A stretch of DNA of 63,226 nucleotides, filler included, from Asterionella formosa (lineage: Eukaryota): NCBI GenBank assembly GCA_002256025.1. It is 8 parts of 8 records of this genome, joined end to end, with 100 filler letters (N's around TTAATTAATTAA, not from the genome) between each part and the next. Parts side by side here need not be neighbours in the genome. Positions count along the whole stretch, not along the records: positions 19,011 to 37,911 come from NKIB01003908.1; positions 38,012 to 39,183 come from NKIB01003911.1; positions 39,284 to 40,455 come from NKIB01003912.1; positions 40,556 to 41,727 come from NKIB01003913.1; positions 41,828 to 42,998 come from NKIB01003914.1; positions 43,099 to 61,955 come from NKIB01003915.1; 2 more parts are not named here. One strand, 5' to 3'. Positions 36,298 through 48,559 of this stretch are shown piece by piece. A program made the translations under genes and the position numbers. Within the stretch, counting starts at the first letter, position 1. The number at the start of each line of letters is the position of its first letter. The notes under the pieces were generated by a model. It did no database searches and was not told where the DNA came from. It saw only the letters and a list, made by a program, of their open reading frames with translations.

Positions 36298-37800
36298 TTA
36301 CTTCCATATTTTGAGAGTTTTGTCGTAACCACTTGTGACAACCCCATCTCTTAGCACATCAATTCCCATGACTTTCCCTTCATGTCCGCGAAGTGTTGAG
36401 AGCATCACCCAATCGCGAGTGGACCAGAGCTTCGCCGTGCCATCAAAAGAACTAGATGCCAAGTACTCTCCATTTGTACCCGGGTGTGAGAAGCGAAGCT
36501 GTGAAATTAAATTAGAATGAGCTGGAATGGATGCTAGTGACTTGCGTTTTCGCAAATCCCAAATCTTAATAGTTCCATCGTCTCCTGCCGTTGCCAAGTG
36601 AAGCCCATGGGGGGCGTATTCCGCACAGAGAACACGTTTAGCATGGCCCACAAAATGGCAAATGGATTTGCCGGTCCGAAGATCCCAGTTATGCGTTACT
36701 CCAGCAAAGTCAGTTGTGGCTACTAAGCTGCCATCCGGATGAAAACCTATCCCATAAACTTCCTTCCAGTGACCATCTTGCAAAAGCAACTGAACCCCAG
36801 TGGCTCCGTCCCACAGACGCCAACTATGATCAAAACTGGTGGTACCAATGTAGGCTCCTGTGGGATGAAATGCCACATTGGACAAACGTGCCTCATGACC
36901 TATCAAATGAGCCACTTGAACTGCCTGAAATGACTCGTCGCATTTTGTAACTTTCCACAGTTTGGCGGTCAAATCAATGGATGCCGTGGCAGCCAAGATT
37001 TGACTAGCACTTCCGTCTGGAAGAGGTTGCAACGCCATATTCATAATACGATCTTCATGTGCCATGGTTCTTTTTCCAAGGAGGCTCAATTCGTTTCCAT
37101 TCCACATTTGCATGGTACCGCTCCAACTTGCCGTGCAGATGAGCGGAATACCTCCCACAGGATGGTTGGAAGTGCACACTGCAGATAGAGCACGCTCATC
37201 GCCGTACTGAGATCCTTCCAACGCCATGTTTGAAATACATTTGTATAGCTTTTCGCAGTCCTTGTCAAGAAGCGAGACATGCGCCTCGTCTGTTGTTTCC
37301 TCCTCGTCCATAGCAAGCAACCGTCCCTCTCGAGCTCGCTTTCGCTTTGCTCCCGCTCGTCGTCTGCGTTCCATGGCCAATCTCTCCCTAGAATTTTTGA
37401 GCGATATCTGAGTAATAATTGCTCTCGCCGCCACGAGTTCTGGAAAGGCTCTCGTGTACTTTGTTTCTTGGATTTGCGGTTCGACCCAGTGGCTCTTGGT
37501 CTCCGGTGCATTGGCCTGCCTGTCCAGAACGACATCCATCCTCGCCAACGCCATTCTCAATCGATCCCTGATTTGCGCCATGTTTTCGCCAAACAAACGA
37601 ACCGGAAGTCTCATAGACCGTAGCATGTCCCTGACTTGATTCGGTAGGGTCGGCACATCCATTTGAAATGCTCGCTGTTTGGCGTCCAAGTCAAACAGCA
37701 TGGCTTCGTGTTTTTGCCTTTCCAACAAGGAGTCGGCGGTGAGCTCCATGACTTGGACGTTGGCTGCCGCATGATGAATTCCTGCTGCTGTGGATGCCAT
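36298..37800 (-). CDS. PRPF4: U4/U6 snRNP protein Prp4 (SFM motif plus WD40 repeats)
   Basis: VRDMLRSMRLPVRLFGE...RDRLR motif, SQYGDERALS, LLLQDGH, WDLRTG, IPAHSNLIS, and a 7-blade WD40. Confidence 0.93.
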   Translation of the reverse strand: MASTAAGIHHAAANVQVMELTADSLLERQKHEAMLFDLDAKQRAFQMDVPTLPNQVRDMLRSMRLPVRLFGENMAQIRDRLRMALARMDVVLDRQANAPETKSHWVEPQIQETKYTRAFPELVAARAIITQISLKNSRERLAMERRRRAGAKRKRAREGRLLAMDEEETTDEAHVSLLDKDCEKLYKCISNMALEGSQYGDERALSAVCTSNHPVGGIPLICTASWSGTMQMWNGNELSLLGKRTMAHEDRIMNMALQPLPDGSASQILAATASIDLTAKLWKVTKCDESFQAVQVAHLIGHEARLSNVAFHPTGAYIGTTSFDHSWRLWDGATGVQLLLQDGHWKEVYGIGFHPDGSLVATTDFAGVTHNWDLRTGKSICHFVGHAKRVLCAEYAPHGLHLATAGDDGTIKIWDLRKRKSLASIPAHSNLISQLRFSHPGTNGEYLASSSFDGTAKLWSTRDWVMLSTLRGHEGKVMGIDVLRDGVVTSGYDKTLKIWK

Positions 37801-38305
37801 GTTGGTACAATCACAACTGCCTACAGTTAGTCTGGTCTAACGATCCACTTTGTATACCTGGTACTCTTACTATACATACAGTGTTGCTATGTAGAAATGA
37901 ATGATTGCAGTNNNNNNNNNNNNNNNNNNNNNNNNNNNNNNNNNNNNNNNNNNNNTTAATTAATTAANNNNNNNNNNNNNNNNNNNNNNNNNNNNNNNNN
38001 NNNNNNNNNNNTCCTGACCAAACGTCCATTGAAAAGTTTGTAACGACCGGTATGTGACACAACAACCTAATATTTTTAAATTGTCAGGGTGGAAAATTAA
38101 CAGAACAAGATTATGCAGATGTGACAACTTTTATCACTGACCAAGCCAATGGAGACAAGTGGTGAGATTGCTGATAATTATGGTTGCGATTGGCACCAGC
38201 ACCAAAGGGAAACAAAAAATAAGCCAGCGTGCGCTGCAAAAGAGTATAATGAACTTCTACTACTTTTCCTTCCCCCTCCCCCTTCATCATTTACAGGAAA
38301 TGCTA

Positions 38306-39067
38306 TCATACAACCGATGGAGCGTCAAGCTCTAAACCAGTAGTTGATAGCCAATATCCAGGCCATTCCTTATCATCGTGCGTATGCCTTGCCATTTGGA
38401 TGGACGAACAGCAGCAACAACAGAAAACTAAGCAGCAATCCTCCGACCTTTCACCGAAGTGTCCACAAGGGCCTGCTGGGATGGCATATTTCTTTCGCAT
38501 ATACCCACGGAGAAGCATTCCGACATACAGCATAAATAGGAAGAAAAATAAAACTGCGAGGTAGACTAAGATAGGAACCAAAGCAAACACCAATGTAAAT
38601 ATCAAGGTCAGAATAATCCGATTGTAGGTCAACACCGTCTCCTCAAGCGGTCCCTCCTCTGCCTTCCAGGTCAAATGTAACCTTGTTAATATTTGGGCGA
38701 TTTGGATTGGGATGCAAAAAAGCCCGATCCAAAATGTAGACTGCGTGAGCACATCGCAACATGAACAAAGCGTGGTTCTCCATCGTCCTCGAGGAACACC
38801 AAACTGATCTTCGTGAGGCATCGTATCGTCGTTTCCGAAAGATTCTTCTTGAATGCGACTAATTTCATCACAACGCGACGTGGGATATGGTACCTCAAAT
38901 TCCACGCCTTCTTTTACCCCACCTTCGGGAACTACAACGACAAAAGTGCGTCCATCGACACAGGCTTCAAATGAGTACCCGGCTTCTAACGTAGCAGGTG
39001 CAACAACTCTCACTGTTGACGGTATGCTTGCTTCTGATCGCGCTGCGATTGAATCTCGAGAATCCAT
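38306..39067 (-). CDS. PLAC8-family Cys-rich membrane protein
   Basis: GRWRTTLCSCCD...QILTRLHL, hydrophobic helices, RKKYAIP...EDCC..FCCCCCSSIQMARH. The N-terminus has a VVAPATLEAGY..VVVPEGGVKEG module. Confidence 0.85.
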   Translation of the reverse strand: MDSRDSIAARSEASIPSTVRVVAPATLEAGYSFEACVDGRTFVVVVPEGGVKEGVEFEVPYPTSRCDEISRIQEESFGNDDTMPHEDQFGVPRGRWRTTLCSCCDVLTQSTFWIGLFCIPIQIAQILTRLHLTWKAEEGPLEETVLTYNRIILTLIFTLVFALVPILVYLAVLFFFLFMLYVGMLLRGYMRKKYAIPAGPCGHFGERSEDCCLVFCCCCCSSIQMARHTHDDKEWPGYWLSTTGLELDAPSVV

Positions 39068-39283
39068 GCTTAAAATGAATTGACTGCAGTCGCAACTTCT
39101 TGAAATGGGTGTGTTCTACATGTAGTGCTTGCAACGACTCATGTGAAGTAAAGTTGTCCATATGCATGAAGGCATGCTTGTCCNNNNNNNNNNNNNNNNN
39201 NNNNNNNNNNNNNNNNNNNNNNNNNNNTTAATTAATTAANNNNNNNNNNNNNNNNNNNNNNNNNNNNNNNNNNNNNNNNNNNN

Positions 39284-40125
39284 GCCTTCACATTGAAGGA
39301 ACCAAGAAAGAAGTTACCAATCAAAAGAAGGAAGATATTGATCGTTTCGGACCTGCAAAGTGGGACAAATATGCTGACTTTGGAGATGAATTCGATGGAG
39401 GTGATGGCCATTTCGGTGTGGCTGGAGATGGTAAGAAAGGTCTCGAGAAGTTTGGAAGTGACGTGTCCCCTTCCTTCGCGAAGTCCAAGACGATGAGTGC
39501 CAAGAACGCATGGGGTACCTCGACGGGATACGCTTCTAACTTGATTGAAAAAGGAGTAGAAGTAGTTCGGGCGCAGCAAATGTAGAACTGGATGAACCAG
39601 CAGGAACTCCGCCGAAAGAAGAATGCGCACAGGGAACTGACTGAAAGTTTTGACTCCGTGTCCACCGAAGAAGACTGGCGGGCTCTTGCCAAGTTTGGAG
39701 TTCAGAGGAATCAGGTATGGTCATTAAAGATTGACTTAGAATTATTTAATTTTTGATCAGTTGTTATGCAATATCCAACTCGAGGTCTCTCGCAAAAGTA
39801 CAGGATTTCGATTTTGAGAAAAAATTTGGTGCTGTTGACCCGAATAGCAAACTATTGAGCTCGTCTCCCGCATTGGTCAGATCCGAATTCACGAATTCAA
39901 TCTAAAGAATGAGTTCATGGGATACGCTGATTTTCGGGCGGCCTTACTTCGGAAACTCCAGGTGATTTCACTGTTGTTCCTTCGGAAGGATCATTGAGCA
40001 GCAAGGAAGGAATTGACTTCGTGGTCAAGTTCAAGCCCACTAATCCTGGGGCAGTGGACGGCTATCTTGTCATTGATACGGAGGATATGAAGAAAACTTG
40101 GAAGGTTATTGGAAGCACTGCGTAA
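39284..40125 (+). pseudogene. 5'-truncated gene of unknown function with nonsense and frameshift lesions
   Basis: Coding-like frame ...SAKNAWGTSTGYA...RAQQM*NWMNQQE (TAG at 39583), intron 39715-39803, and a last exon needing two frameshifts to reach ...GYLVIDTEDMKKTWKVIGSTA* at 40125. Confidence 0.65.
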
Positions 40126-40555
40126 ATATGTCGTTTGCTTTGTAGTTTGATCTTTATGATTACATCTCTAGCTATACCAATACTGGATGTGATGATGGCA
40201 AATTGAAGCGACCTTTTCAATCGTACAACGCTCTAGCTTGTGAATTGAGTAGGTCTAATTTGATTGTCGAGTAATAGTCATTGTAACTTCTTCGAAAGTA
40301 GATCCAAAGTGCTGCGATGATTTGTTGTTGTTGCTGTTTCTGTTGTTGTTGTTGTTCTCGCCAGTGTGGTACCCTGGTACAGAGTACTTACCGTATAGCT
40401 ATTGTTGTATATATAGATATGATATATACCGGTATGCTCCGTCCTATATGTAGTGNNNNNNNNNNNNNNNNNNNNNNNNNNNNNNNNNNNNNNNNNNNNT
40501 TAATTAATTAANNNNNNNNNNNNNNNNNNNNNNNNNNNNNNNNNNNNNNNNNNNN

Positions 40556-41727
40556 GCAGCTCCTCGGGGGCTGAACCAAGAAATTGGGACAGCTGAATTT
40601 GTGCAGGAGACTGGAGATTCTGCCAGAACAGCGTTTGTGGGCCCTTTCCAAGGGGGGACACAAGGAGAGGAGGAAAAGGAACCAGGAAGAGAAGGAAGCA
40701 TGGGGAGACCACAGGGTGGTGACCAGAGAGTAGGGGAGAACAGGGGACCACATGGGGAGTTTCCAACACGACTCCCGGCACGGCTCATACGACAGGATGC
40801 AGTCCGAAATGACCAAGTCCAGTTGTGTGTTTGGGGGGAAGAGGGCAGTCTCACTATATTCTGGGAACGCCTCTCTTACATTCCCAAAGACCAAGCAGGA
40901 CTGGCTTTGATAGTTCGGTGTCGGATTGGGGCATTTGTAACTGTCCCCACCTTGGTGGGGTGGAAGCGAATGCCTCATAGGTATTTAAGGAAGTGTCCAT
41001 TTTGTGGTATGGATGAACCAGAAACGCTGGAACACTTAGTGTTCACGTGTGGTCGGTGGCGTGTTCTACGTACCGAGCCACACATGGCAGAATTGATCGC
41101 GAAAGTTCGGACGTTAGGGCCGAAGTTCGCCCTCGGTTTTGACCAACAACGGTTGGCATGGCTCCTCGGAGGGAGTTGTGACAACCGCTGGGTACATGGA
41201 TGGATGATGGGTGAACCAACCGGAATCACAGCACAGCAAAACTGTGACTCTTCGGTTGAAAGCTCATCATCCGATGGGGACGGTAGCCAGATGGAACGGA
41301 ACCCGGCAGGGGCCACCACCCTTGCCAGGTTCCTGATGAGCGTTGTTAGCCTTCGTGCTAACATAATCAGGTCCCGTTGGGGGTCTTACGCAAGTGAGGC
41401 ATTTGACGGGGTCCCACACACCTCCACGGGCCAACGCCCCGACGGGTAGGGCAGACCGCGTACTGGTCAAGACTGGGGCTGCACACAGGTTTTTAGTGAG
41501 TGAAAGTCTCACACTACCTCGCCCAGGTGAGAGGGGCGGGGTGCCTCACCGGACACTGGGACATGATTGGATGACGGGGTGCCTCAAAAACATTCCTGAA
41601 CACATGCACTGGTGGGAGGAGTTCGAATCCTCCCATGATGCCCCCCAAGCACCCCACATCGATGGGGCAGGCGGGCAAAGCGGCCGGATAGGTTTTCTCC
41701 TGGCGCCTTGGAACAGCCCAAAAAAAA
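40556..41727 (+). mobile_element. 3' end of a non-LTR retrotransposon (ORF end, 3' UTR, A-tail)
   Basis: Open frame to 41449 with RCRIG...CPFCGMDEPETLEHLVFTC zinc finger, GC-rich. Ends in an A-run (41720-41727) at the contig end. Confidence 0.8.
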
Positions 41728-41827
41728 NNNNNNNNNNNNNNNNNNNNNNNNNNNNNNNNNNNNNNNNNNNNTTAATTAATTAANNNNNNNNNNNNNNNNN
41801 NNNNNNNNNNNNNNNNNNNNNNNNNNN

Positions 41828-42998
41828 ATCATTATTGGATCCTATTATTGATTGGTATCATCAGATGTTAGGCAGCTCATGTGGGTATGACAAGATTAAA
41901 TGCTACAATTGCTACACATTTTTATCACCCTACATTAAAAGCAAGAGTGGAACATATTGTAAGAGTATGTGAAGCATGCCAACGTACAAAATTACCTGGT
42001 ACTGGTTTTGGTGAACTTCCACCCAGGAATGCATTATTATTACCATGGTCAGAAGTTGCAGTAGATCTAATTGGTCCATAGAGGATAACAGTGGCTGCTC
42101 AAACGATTGAATTTCGTGCTCTAACTTGTATTGACACAGTCACCAATTTAGCAGAAATTTCACGTATCACCAATAAAACATCAGAATATATTGCAATGAA
42201 ATTTGAAAATGATTGGTTAGCCAGATATCCCCATCCAGAACGTTGTATACATGACAATGGAGGTGAATTTACTGGTGCTCCTTTCTTACACATGTTAGTA
42301 TTGAATGGAATCAAAGATGTGACTACTACAGTAAAGAATCCACAAGCAAATGCTATCTGTGAACGTTTACATCAATCTATCAGCAATAGTCTACGAGTTA
42401 TGTTAAAGGCTCATCCTCCAATCAATGAATTTCAAGCCCAAAATATTGTGGATACATGTTTTGCAGCTGCGTCATATGCAGCTCGAGCTACTATTCATAG
42501 TATATTGCGTATTTCACCAGGAGCATGGGTTTTTCAACGTGATATGATATTAAATATTCCTTTGATTACAGATTTACAACTAATACATCAACGTCGACAA
42601 GTGATAATTGACGAATGTTAACGTCGTGCTAATTTCCGTCGTCGATCTTATGATTACAAAGTGGGTGACGAGATTTTAATATTATTGGATAATCGTACTA
42701 CTTTGGATGATCGTGGATGAGGTCCTTATACCGGTACTATTATTCAAGTACATGCCAATGGGACAGTTACTTTTCAACGCACTATGCACATTACAGAACG
42801 AATTAATATTCGTCGTATCAAACCTTTTCATAGGTAAAAGGTTTTCCCTCAAGTGTGGGAGAGTGAGCAATCCTGCACATCGATACAGATGTATTTAGGG
42901 TTAGGGTTATATTAAATACATCGGAATTGTATAATGAGAGAACTCGACTAACACCCATTCTATACTTTGATGTCAGTTCAGGAAATGAGTTGTACATA
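41828..42998 (+). mobile_element. Ty3/Gypsy integrase (degenerate), PPT and partial 3' LTR (42864-42998)
   Basis: CEACQRTK zinc motif, PWSEVAVDLIGP*, HDNGGEF, NPQANAICERLH and ERINIRRIKPF, then GTGGGAGAG followed by TGAGC. Confidence 0.92.
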
Positions 42999-43098
42999 NN
43001 NNNNNNNNNNNNNNNNNNNNNNNNNNNNNNNNNNNNNNNNNNTTAATTAATTAANNNNNNNNNNNNNNNNNNNNNNNNNNNNNNNNNNNNNNNNNNNN

Positions 43099-43490
43099 TG
43101 TTGATGAGGTTTTAATCCTATTGGATAATCCTACTACCTTGGATAACCATGGACGAGGTCCTTATTCTATTTATTCAAGTATATGCCAATGGTACAGTTA
43201 CTTTTCAACAAACTATGCATACTACGGAACGAATTAATATCCATTACATCAAACCTTTTCAAAGGTATAAGGTTTTCCCTTGGTGTGGGAGAGTGAGCGA
43301 TCTTGCGCATCAATACAGATGTATATAGGGTTAGTGTTATATCATATATGTATGAGAACTCAATAATGAGAGAACTCGACTAACCCTCATTGTATACTTT
43401 GGTGTCGACTTGGAGAACGAGTTACACACAAGGATTAACAAATAAGCTCATATATTCAACAAATACTACTACTTCTAGTTAGATACTTCA
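43099..43490 (+). mobile_element. Second Gypsy copy: integrase tail, PPT and complete 3' LTR (43294-43490, TG...CA)
   Basis: Diverged copy of 42660-42998; the LTR also matches the reverse complement of 11150-11348. Confidence 0.9.
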
Positions 43491-43745
43491 CGTGGTACCG
43501 GTAAGTAGTCTACCGGCAGTATTTAATAGTACAGTACTGACTAGCAGCTAGCGCTACAGTGAAATAAAGATTTTTGCTATTTTCATATTCGTCCATGATC
43601 CAGCGCTTTCTTAGTACTAGGGTAATTAATGTACATAGCATCTACCGGTACAAGTTGGCAAGAAGAAAAAAAAAATCGCTCGATTTGAGTTTGTTTCGCT
43701 TCACCAGAGCTACTCTACATAAAGCTAGCTATTGCCAATGCCATT

Positions 43746-46700
43746 ATGGTGTCAAAGAAATACCTCTGTTCAGCTCCTCATCCATCTACATGGGATGAAA
43801 GAGCAGCTACTTTACTGGAGAGCTTGGGTGGAGATCGAGCAAAGCGCGAAGAGGTTCTGAATCAAACGATATCAGCCCTTGGTGACATTATGTACGTAAT
43901 AGAAAATATGCTTCCGGGGATGCTTCATAATATCTTATTATACTGCATGATGTAACCCATCGCATCTCAAACACGCTCCTATACTCACAACTCACTATGA
44001 CAATATTTTTGTGCCAATGGACGCACATGCAGCGGAGAAAAGCAACGTTCTGGACCTGGTCGAAAGTCCAACGCGGAACACGCGCTTTCCTTTTATCGCC
44101 ATGTTTTGACTCTTACAGAACAAGAAGATACGACGCACCAAATGGATCGAGCCAAGCGAGCTGACGAAAAGAAAGACGACGAAGAGAATAAGACTGATTG
44201 TGATGATACTGATGATTCCTCCATGGACTCGGTTGACTTTTTAGATCAACACAATGATCTCTGTGAAGTTTGTAATTTGGGAGGCGAATTACTTTGCTGT
44301 TCCACATGCAATTTAGTCTTTCATTTGTCATGTCATCGACCCATTTTAAAACAAGAGCCTCCTGACAATTGGTCTTGTGCGTACTGTATTGCGACAGGTC
44401 TAACGGGGTACAAGAGAGAAGCAAAAATTAGACGACGAGCACAGGCGGCTGTACGCCAAATGGCTAAGAACAAGGACAACAAAGGTCAAGATATGAATGG
44501 CGACAGCGACGATGAGGAATCAGAGGATGTGGATAGAGAAACAAACGAGGAGGAAGAGATGGAAGACGACAGTGAAGGACTTGAAGAGAAACAGGTTACG
44601 GCGCCTGTCCTCAAAGCAAAAAGTGGAATGAAGGTATGCATGGATAAGCCTGTCGCACAGGTCGAAGTCTTGGACGAACGCGACATGGTAGACGGTGATA
44701 CCATAGGAGACGATCACGATCGTAAGAAGAGAAAAATTGAACAAAGCGAAGAACAAGAAGGTATTGAAAACACTGAGGAGCGACGAGAACGTCGTCAGAG
44801 GCGCAGTCCAAAATTGTACGATCCACAAACTTGTGCTGCTTCAGAATGGCGATCCGATGGAGTAAACGAATGGAAGAGCCTTGGTGACGAGCAAAACAGC
44901 GACCATATTGATGACGACGGCGGTGGTGATGCCGAAGAAGATTCCAAAGGTCCCGTTTGGTGCAACTTTTGCATGGACGATCCCAAAGTTCCTATTTGCT
45001 GTTTTTGCGCTTGCCGAGGTTGCTTTGGAAAACACGACAAAGTAAGTTGCTTGATTCAAATAAATGGTATGTGTACTTTAATGGCCCTCTCCAACACAGT
45101 ATCTGTTTTACTTTTTCAGTCAAAATTGCTTTTGTGCGACAAATGTGACGCTGAATATCATATTTACTGCCTTGATCCGCCTCTTGTAACGGTTCCTGGT
45201 TCACGAAAATGGTTTTGCCCATCGTGCAAGAACGTACCGAAAGGAGAAAAGGTAGAAGGCGGAACTACTACAAACCGTTCAAAGGCGACTGGGACACCGA
45301 ACAAGGGTTCTCCGTCGGAGAAGCGTGGTCCTGGACGACCCCGCAAGCCCGAGGGAGGTGACGACCTCACTCCAGACAAGCGTGTACTTGGAAGGGCAAG
45401 GAAATCTGTGGATAAGACAGGTACGCCCTCGAGCACCGATCGTCGAGGCCCTGGTCGGCCTCGCAAGGGGGAAGGTGTCCTCCCATCAGAACAGAGGGAA
45501 TCTGGAAAGTCACGAAAGTCCGTTAGTCCTGACGATGCCGCTGCGAGGCGTGGTTCAAGTAAGCCGAAAAGCTCAGAATATCCAAGTATGTGTGTAAACC
45601 GTGGATCTGGACGATCCAAAAAGGCTGAAATTGACTTTTCTAGTCCCGGAGAAAAGCGGGGTCCGGGCCGACCGAAAAAAGAAGGTGAACACGAAACGAT
45701 AAGTCATTGTAAACAAAGAGGTAGACCATTTAAATCTCCTTCTGGGTCTGCTCAAAATAAAACAGTAAAGCGACCGAAACTTTCTGGATCTACCAAACCA
45801 GAGGTCAACTTGTCAACAAGTAGTGATGGTGGTCCACAGCCGCTACCCAGGGAATCACCCATGTCAGATAGTGCAGAGCGTCCCAGTTCACGACCTGGCT
45901 CGTCAGGATCAGCATCTCCAACTCCATTAGCTGTGCAGAAAAGTCGGAGTGGACGAACAGTGAAAAGTAGGACTTTTCATGATGAGATCGACGAGGGCGA
46001 GCAACACTTGAAAGTGAATCGACCAAGCTCGTCGCAGGACCGACCCAAGAAGGAAGAAATGGTGAAAGCGAAGACCACTCTGGTATTAGAGGTCAATGAT
46101 CCTGATATCGATGGTCCCTCTGTAGATTCAAGAACTTTAGCTGTTGCTAGTTATCCGCAGCTCCTTCCAAGTGTTGAACCGATCATCGTTGTTGAACCAG
46201 GGATATCGGTACCCATAAAGCAACTCGACCCTGTACTGCCTCCGTCTCCAGTATCAAATCCTTCGTTGGTTTTGAAGCCTGTATTCCCATCAAGCCCACC
46301 GTTGATATCTAGTAGCTCAACTGCAGTACCGAAGGCCGTAACCATATCGACTCAAAAGCCTTTAGCCACTGTGCCTGGGACAACAGCAGAGTCAAACATC
46401 GCTAACGTCATAAAGAGAATGCCTGATCCACTTCCGGTTCTGCCCATGCAGCGTGTTCCTATGCCGACAGCTATACGAGTTCCTGTCCCACTGCCGCATA
46501 CATTGCATACCGGTTCATCACAAAAAGTTCTGACGACTGCCGGTGAAGGGCAAAGCGTCAAGGTTCCCAGGAGAAAACCTGGAGCACGAGAATGTATGCA
46601 AATGTCCAGGCGATTTGGAGTCCAGGTAATCCCGCAACGATACATGACTACTCTATCGGTAAGTTTTTATTTGTTTTTATTGATGATCACTGAGGCTTGT

Positions 46701-46992
46701 TTCTAAAATGATTTCTTAATCACAGGATTATTGCTCCAGGGGTAAAGTTGAGCACTTAATCAGAATGCGAGAAAGACTGGATGACCATTCAAGGCTCTTG
46801 GAATTGCAATTGGCTGGACTGGAAGTGTTGGTGAAAGAGAAGGGCGAGCTTAATATCACCGTGCCAGCACAAGCTGAGTCCGACGCAGACTTTGACATGG
46901 TAGCACCATCACCTGTGATGGCCTCGATTCCCATTCATGCATCTACCACTTTGAACACTAGTGTGATGCAACAACCATCGACGAAATCCTAG
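43746..46992 (+). CDS. Chromatin protein with two PHD fingers and AT-hook-like motifs, 4 exons
   Basis: Introns 43892-44032, 45042-45119 and 46659-46725 keep frame. PHD1 is CEVC...CSTC...H..C...CAYC, PHD2 is CRGC...CDKC...HIYC...CPSC, and RGPGRPRK/RGPGRPKK occurs three times. Confidence 0.88.
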
Positions 46993-48559
46993 TTCATATT
47001 GCTTTACGTGCATCGCATTGGATTGATTCCTCCATCTCCAGATCTAGCTATTGAAAATTGCGACACCATAGAATAATATTTAAGTGAGGATCTACAATCT
47101 GGCTGTGCATGTTATATGCTGGAATAACTGTGGAAATTTTAATTGGTGCAGTCTCGACACGAGGCCGTCAATTCCATTTACAGTCACTTGTTACTAAGGA
47201 ATATTAGGCTAACATTCATGTCAATCATGACAACAACATGTAGGCTAGTTCACTCCGTAATGATATAGGGACTGGATTTTCCGAAGGTACGCATCCTGGT
47301 ACCAGTTACCACGTCAAACAAGCCGTGGCATCTATGGTGATCCTCTAGCGACCACAACACGGTACCTGGTACTAGCTCGGAGTCGATTTGAAACCAGTCC
47401 ACACCAATGTCTGGATTAAGCAGGCTAGACGTGAAAGTGCATACAACCAACCACCATGAAACTTCTGGTTACACACACACACTTTGAGTATAGTAGCACT
47501 CGTCCCTACCCGCTCCATCCAGATACCAGGTAGATTAGGAGAACCAGACAGAGTATCTAATATTATTTAGATGTAAAGCAAACATTGAAAATACCAATAT
47601 TACCTAACGTGACGTAGTGAATGTTTCCGCCACGTTTATTACATCTAGATCTTGGTTTACATAAACCATAAGAAAATATGTACCGACCCTTGTTGCTCCT
47701 GAGGCGAAGAAACGTGATTGAAAATACAGATCCGGCAGCAATCACGACCATTATGTTCTGCTGACGTCGACAGTGTGCTCAGTACCTCATCCCCATGACA
47801 AAGCAAATGATCACCACTCATACTACCAATGACACTCCGGAATCTTGCTTTTTGAGAAATGAACATTGACCATCAGCCAATCAAAAGGACAAGCAATCGC
47901 TGACCTCATTCAATGACAACATACTGACATCAGCACGACGTCACAATCGAATCTAATGCTTTTTCGGTCCAGCTACAGGCGTATCAAGCATCAATCGTTT
48001 TCTATGTGCTGGTAAATACCGGTCCCGTACCAGAGTCAATCATGTACGGTACTTTTTCTACGAGACAGCCGGTACATGTAACCGAAGAAGGTACCTACCA
48101 GGTACCGGTAGTCTATCCCAGAATGGATTTATGATGTACCGGTAATACTATAGCTTTATATATTTTTGTATTAGTTTTAGTGTAAAGCAAATTTAATTCT
48201 ATGTACATACATAGTGAAATACCGTAACCCGTACAGTGTTGTTGTATCATACTGTCATGATACTACTAGGTACCAGGTACCGGTAGTCTAACTCCTTTAT
48301 TTTGTTTCTCATTCTGTGACCGATGTTGTTGCATCGGATACAAATGCACATAATTCCGATAACCCATATACCGGTAATTTTGGGTTCACTGATAAAGATC
48401 CATTTTTTCACCCACGGCAGTAATACGAAGCCTCGTCACATCTGATCTTGTTCGATTCCTGTTATCTTGTTCGCTTCTTCTCAAGCTAACTGACTATTTT
48501 GATCAACAGTCGTTTTGCTTTCTTACTTTCAATTGTATTCGAAACATATCTTGAGAACG

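Noticed and set aside
41570..41650. tRNA gene
   Set aside because: Only a T-arm-like hairpin; no acceptor, D or anticodon arms could be folded.
41828..43490. One Gypsy element with tandem 3' LTRs spanning the gap
   Set aside because: The two sides are diverged copies of the same segment on separate concatenated contigs.
11150..43490. LTRs at 11150 and 43294 as the two ends of one element
   Set aside because: Opposite orientation, different contigs and no matching TSD.
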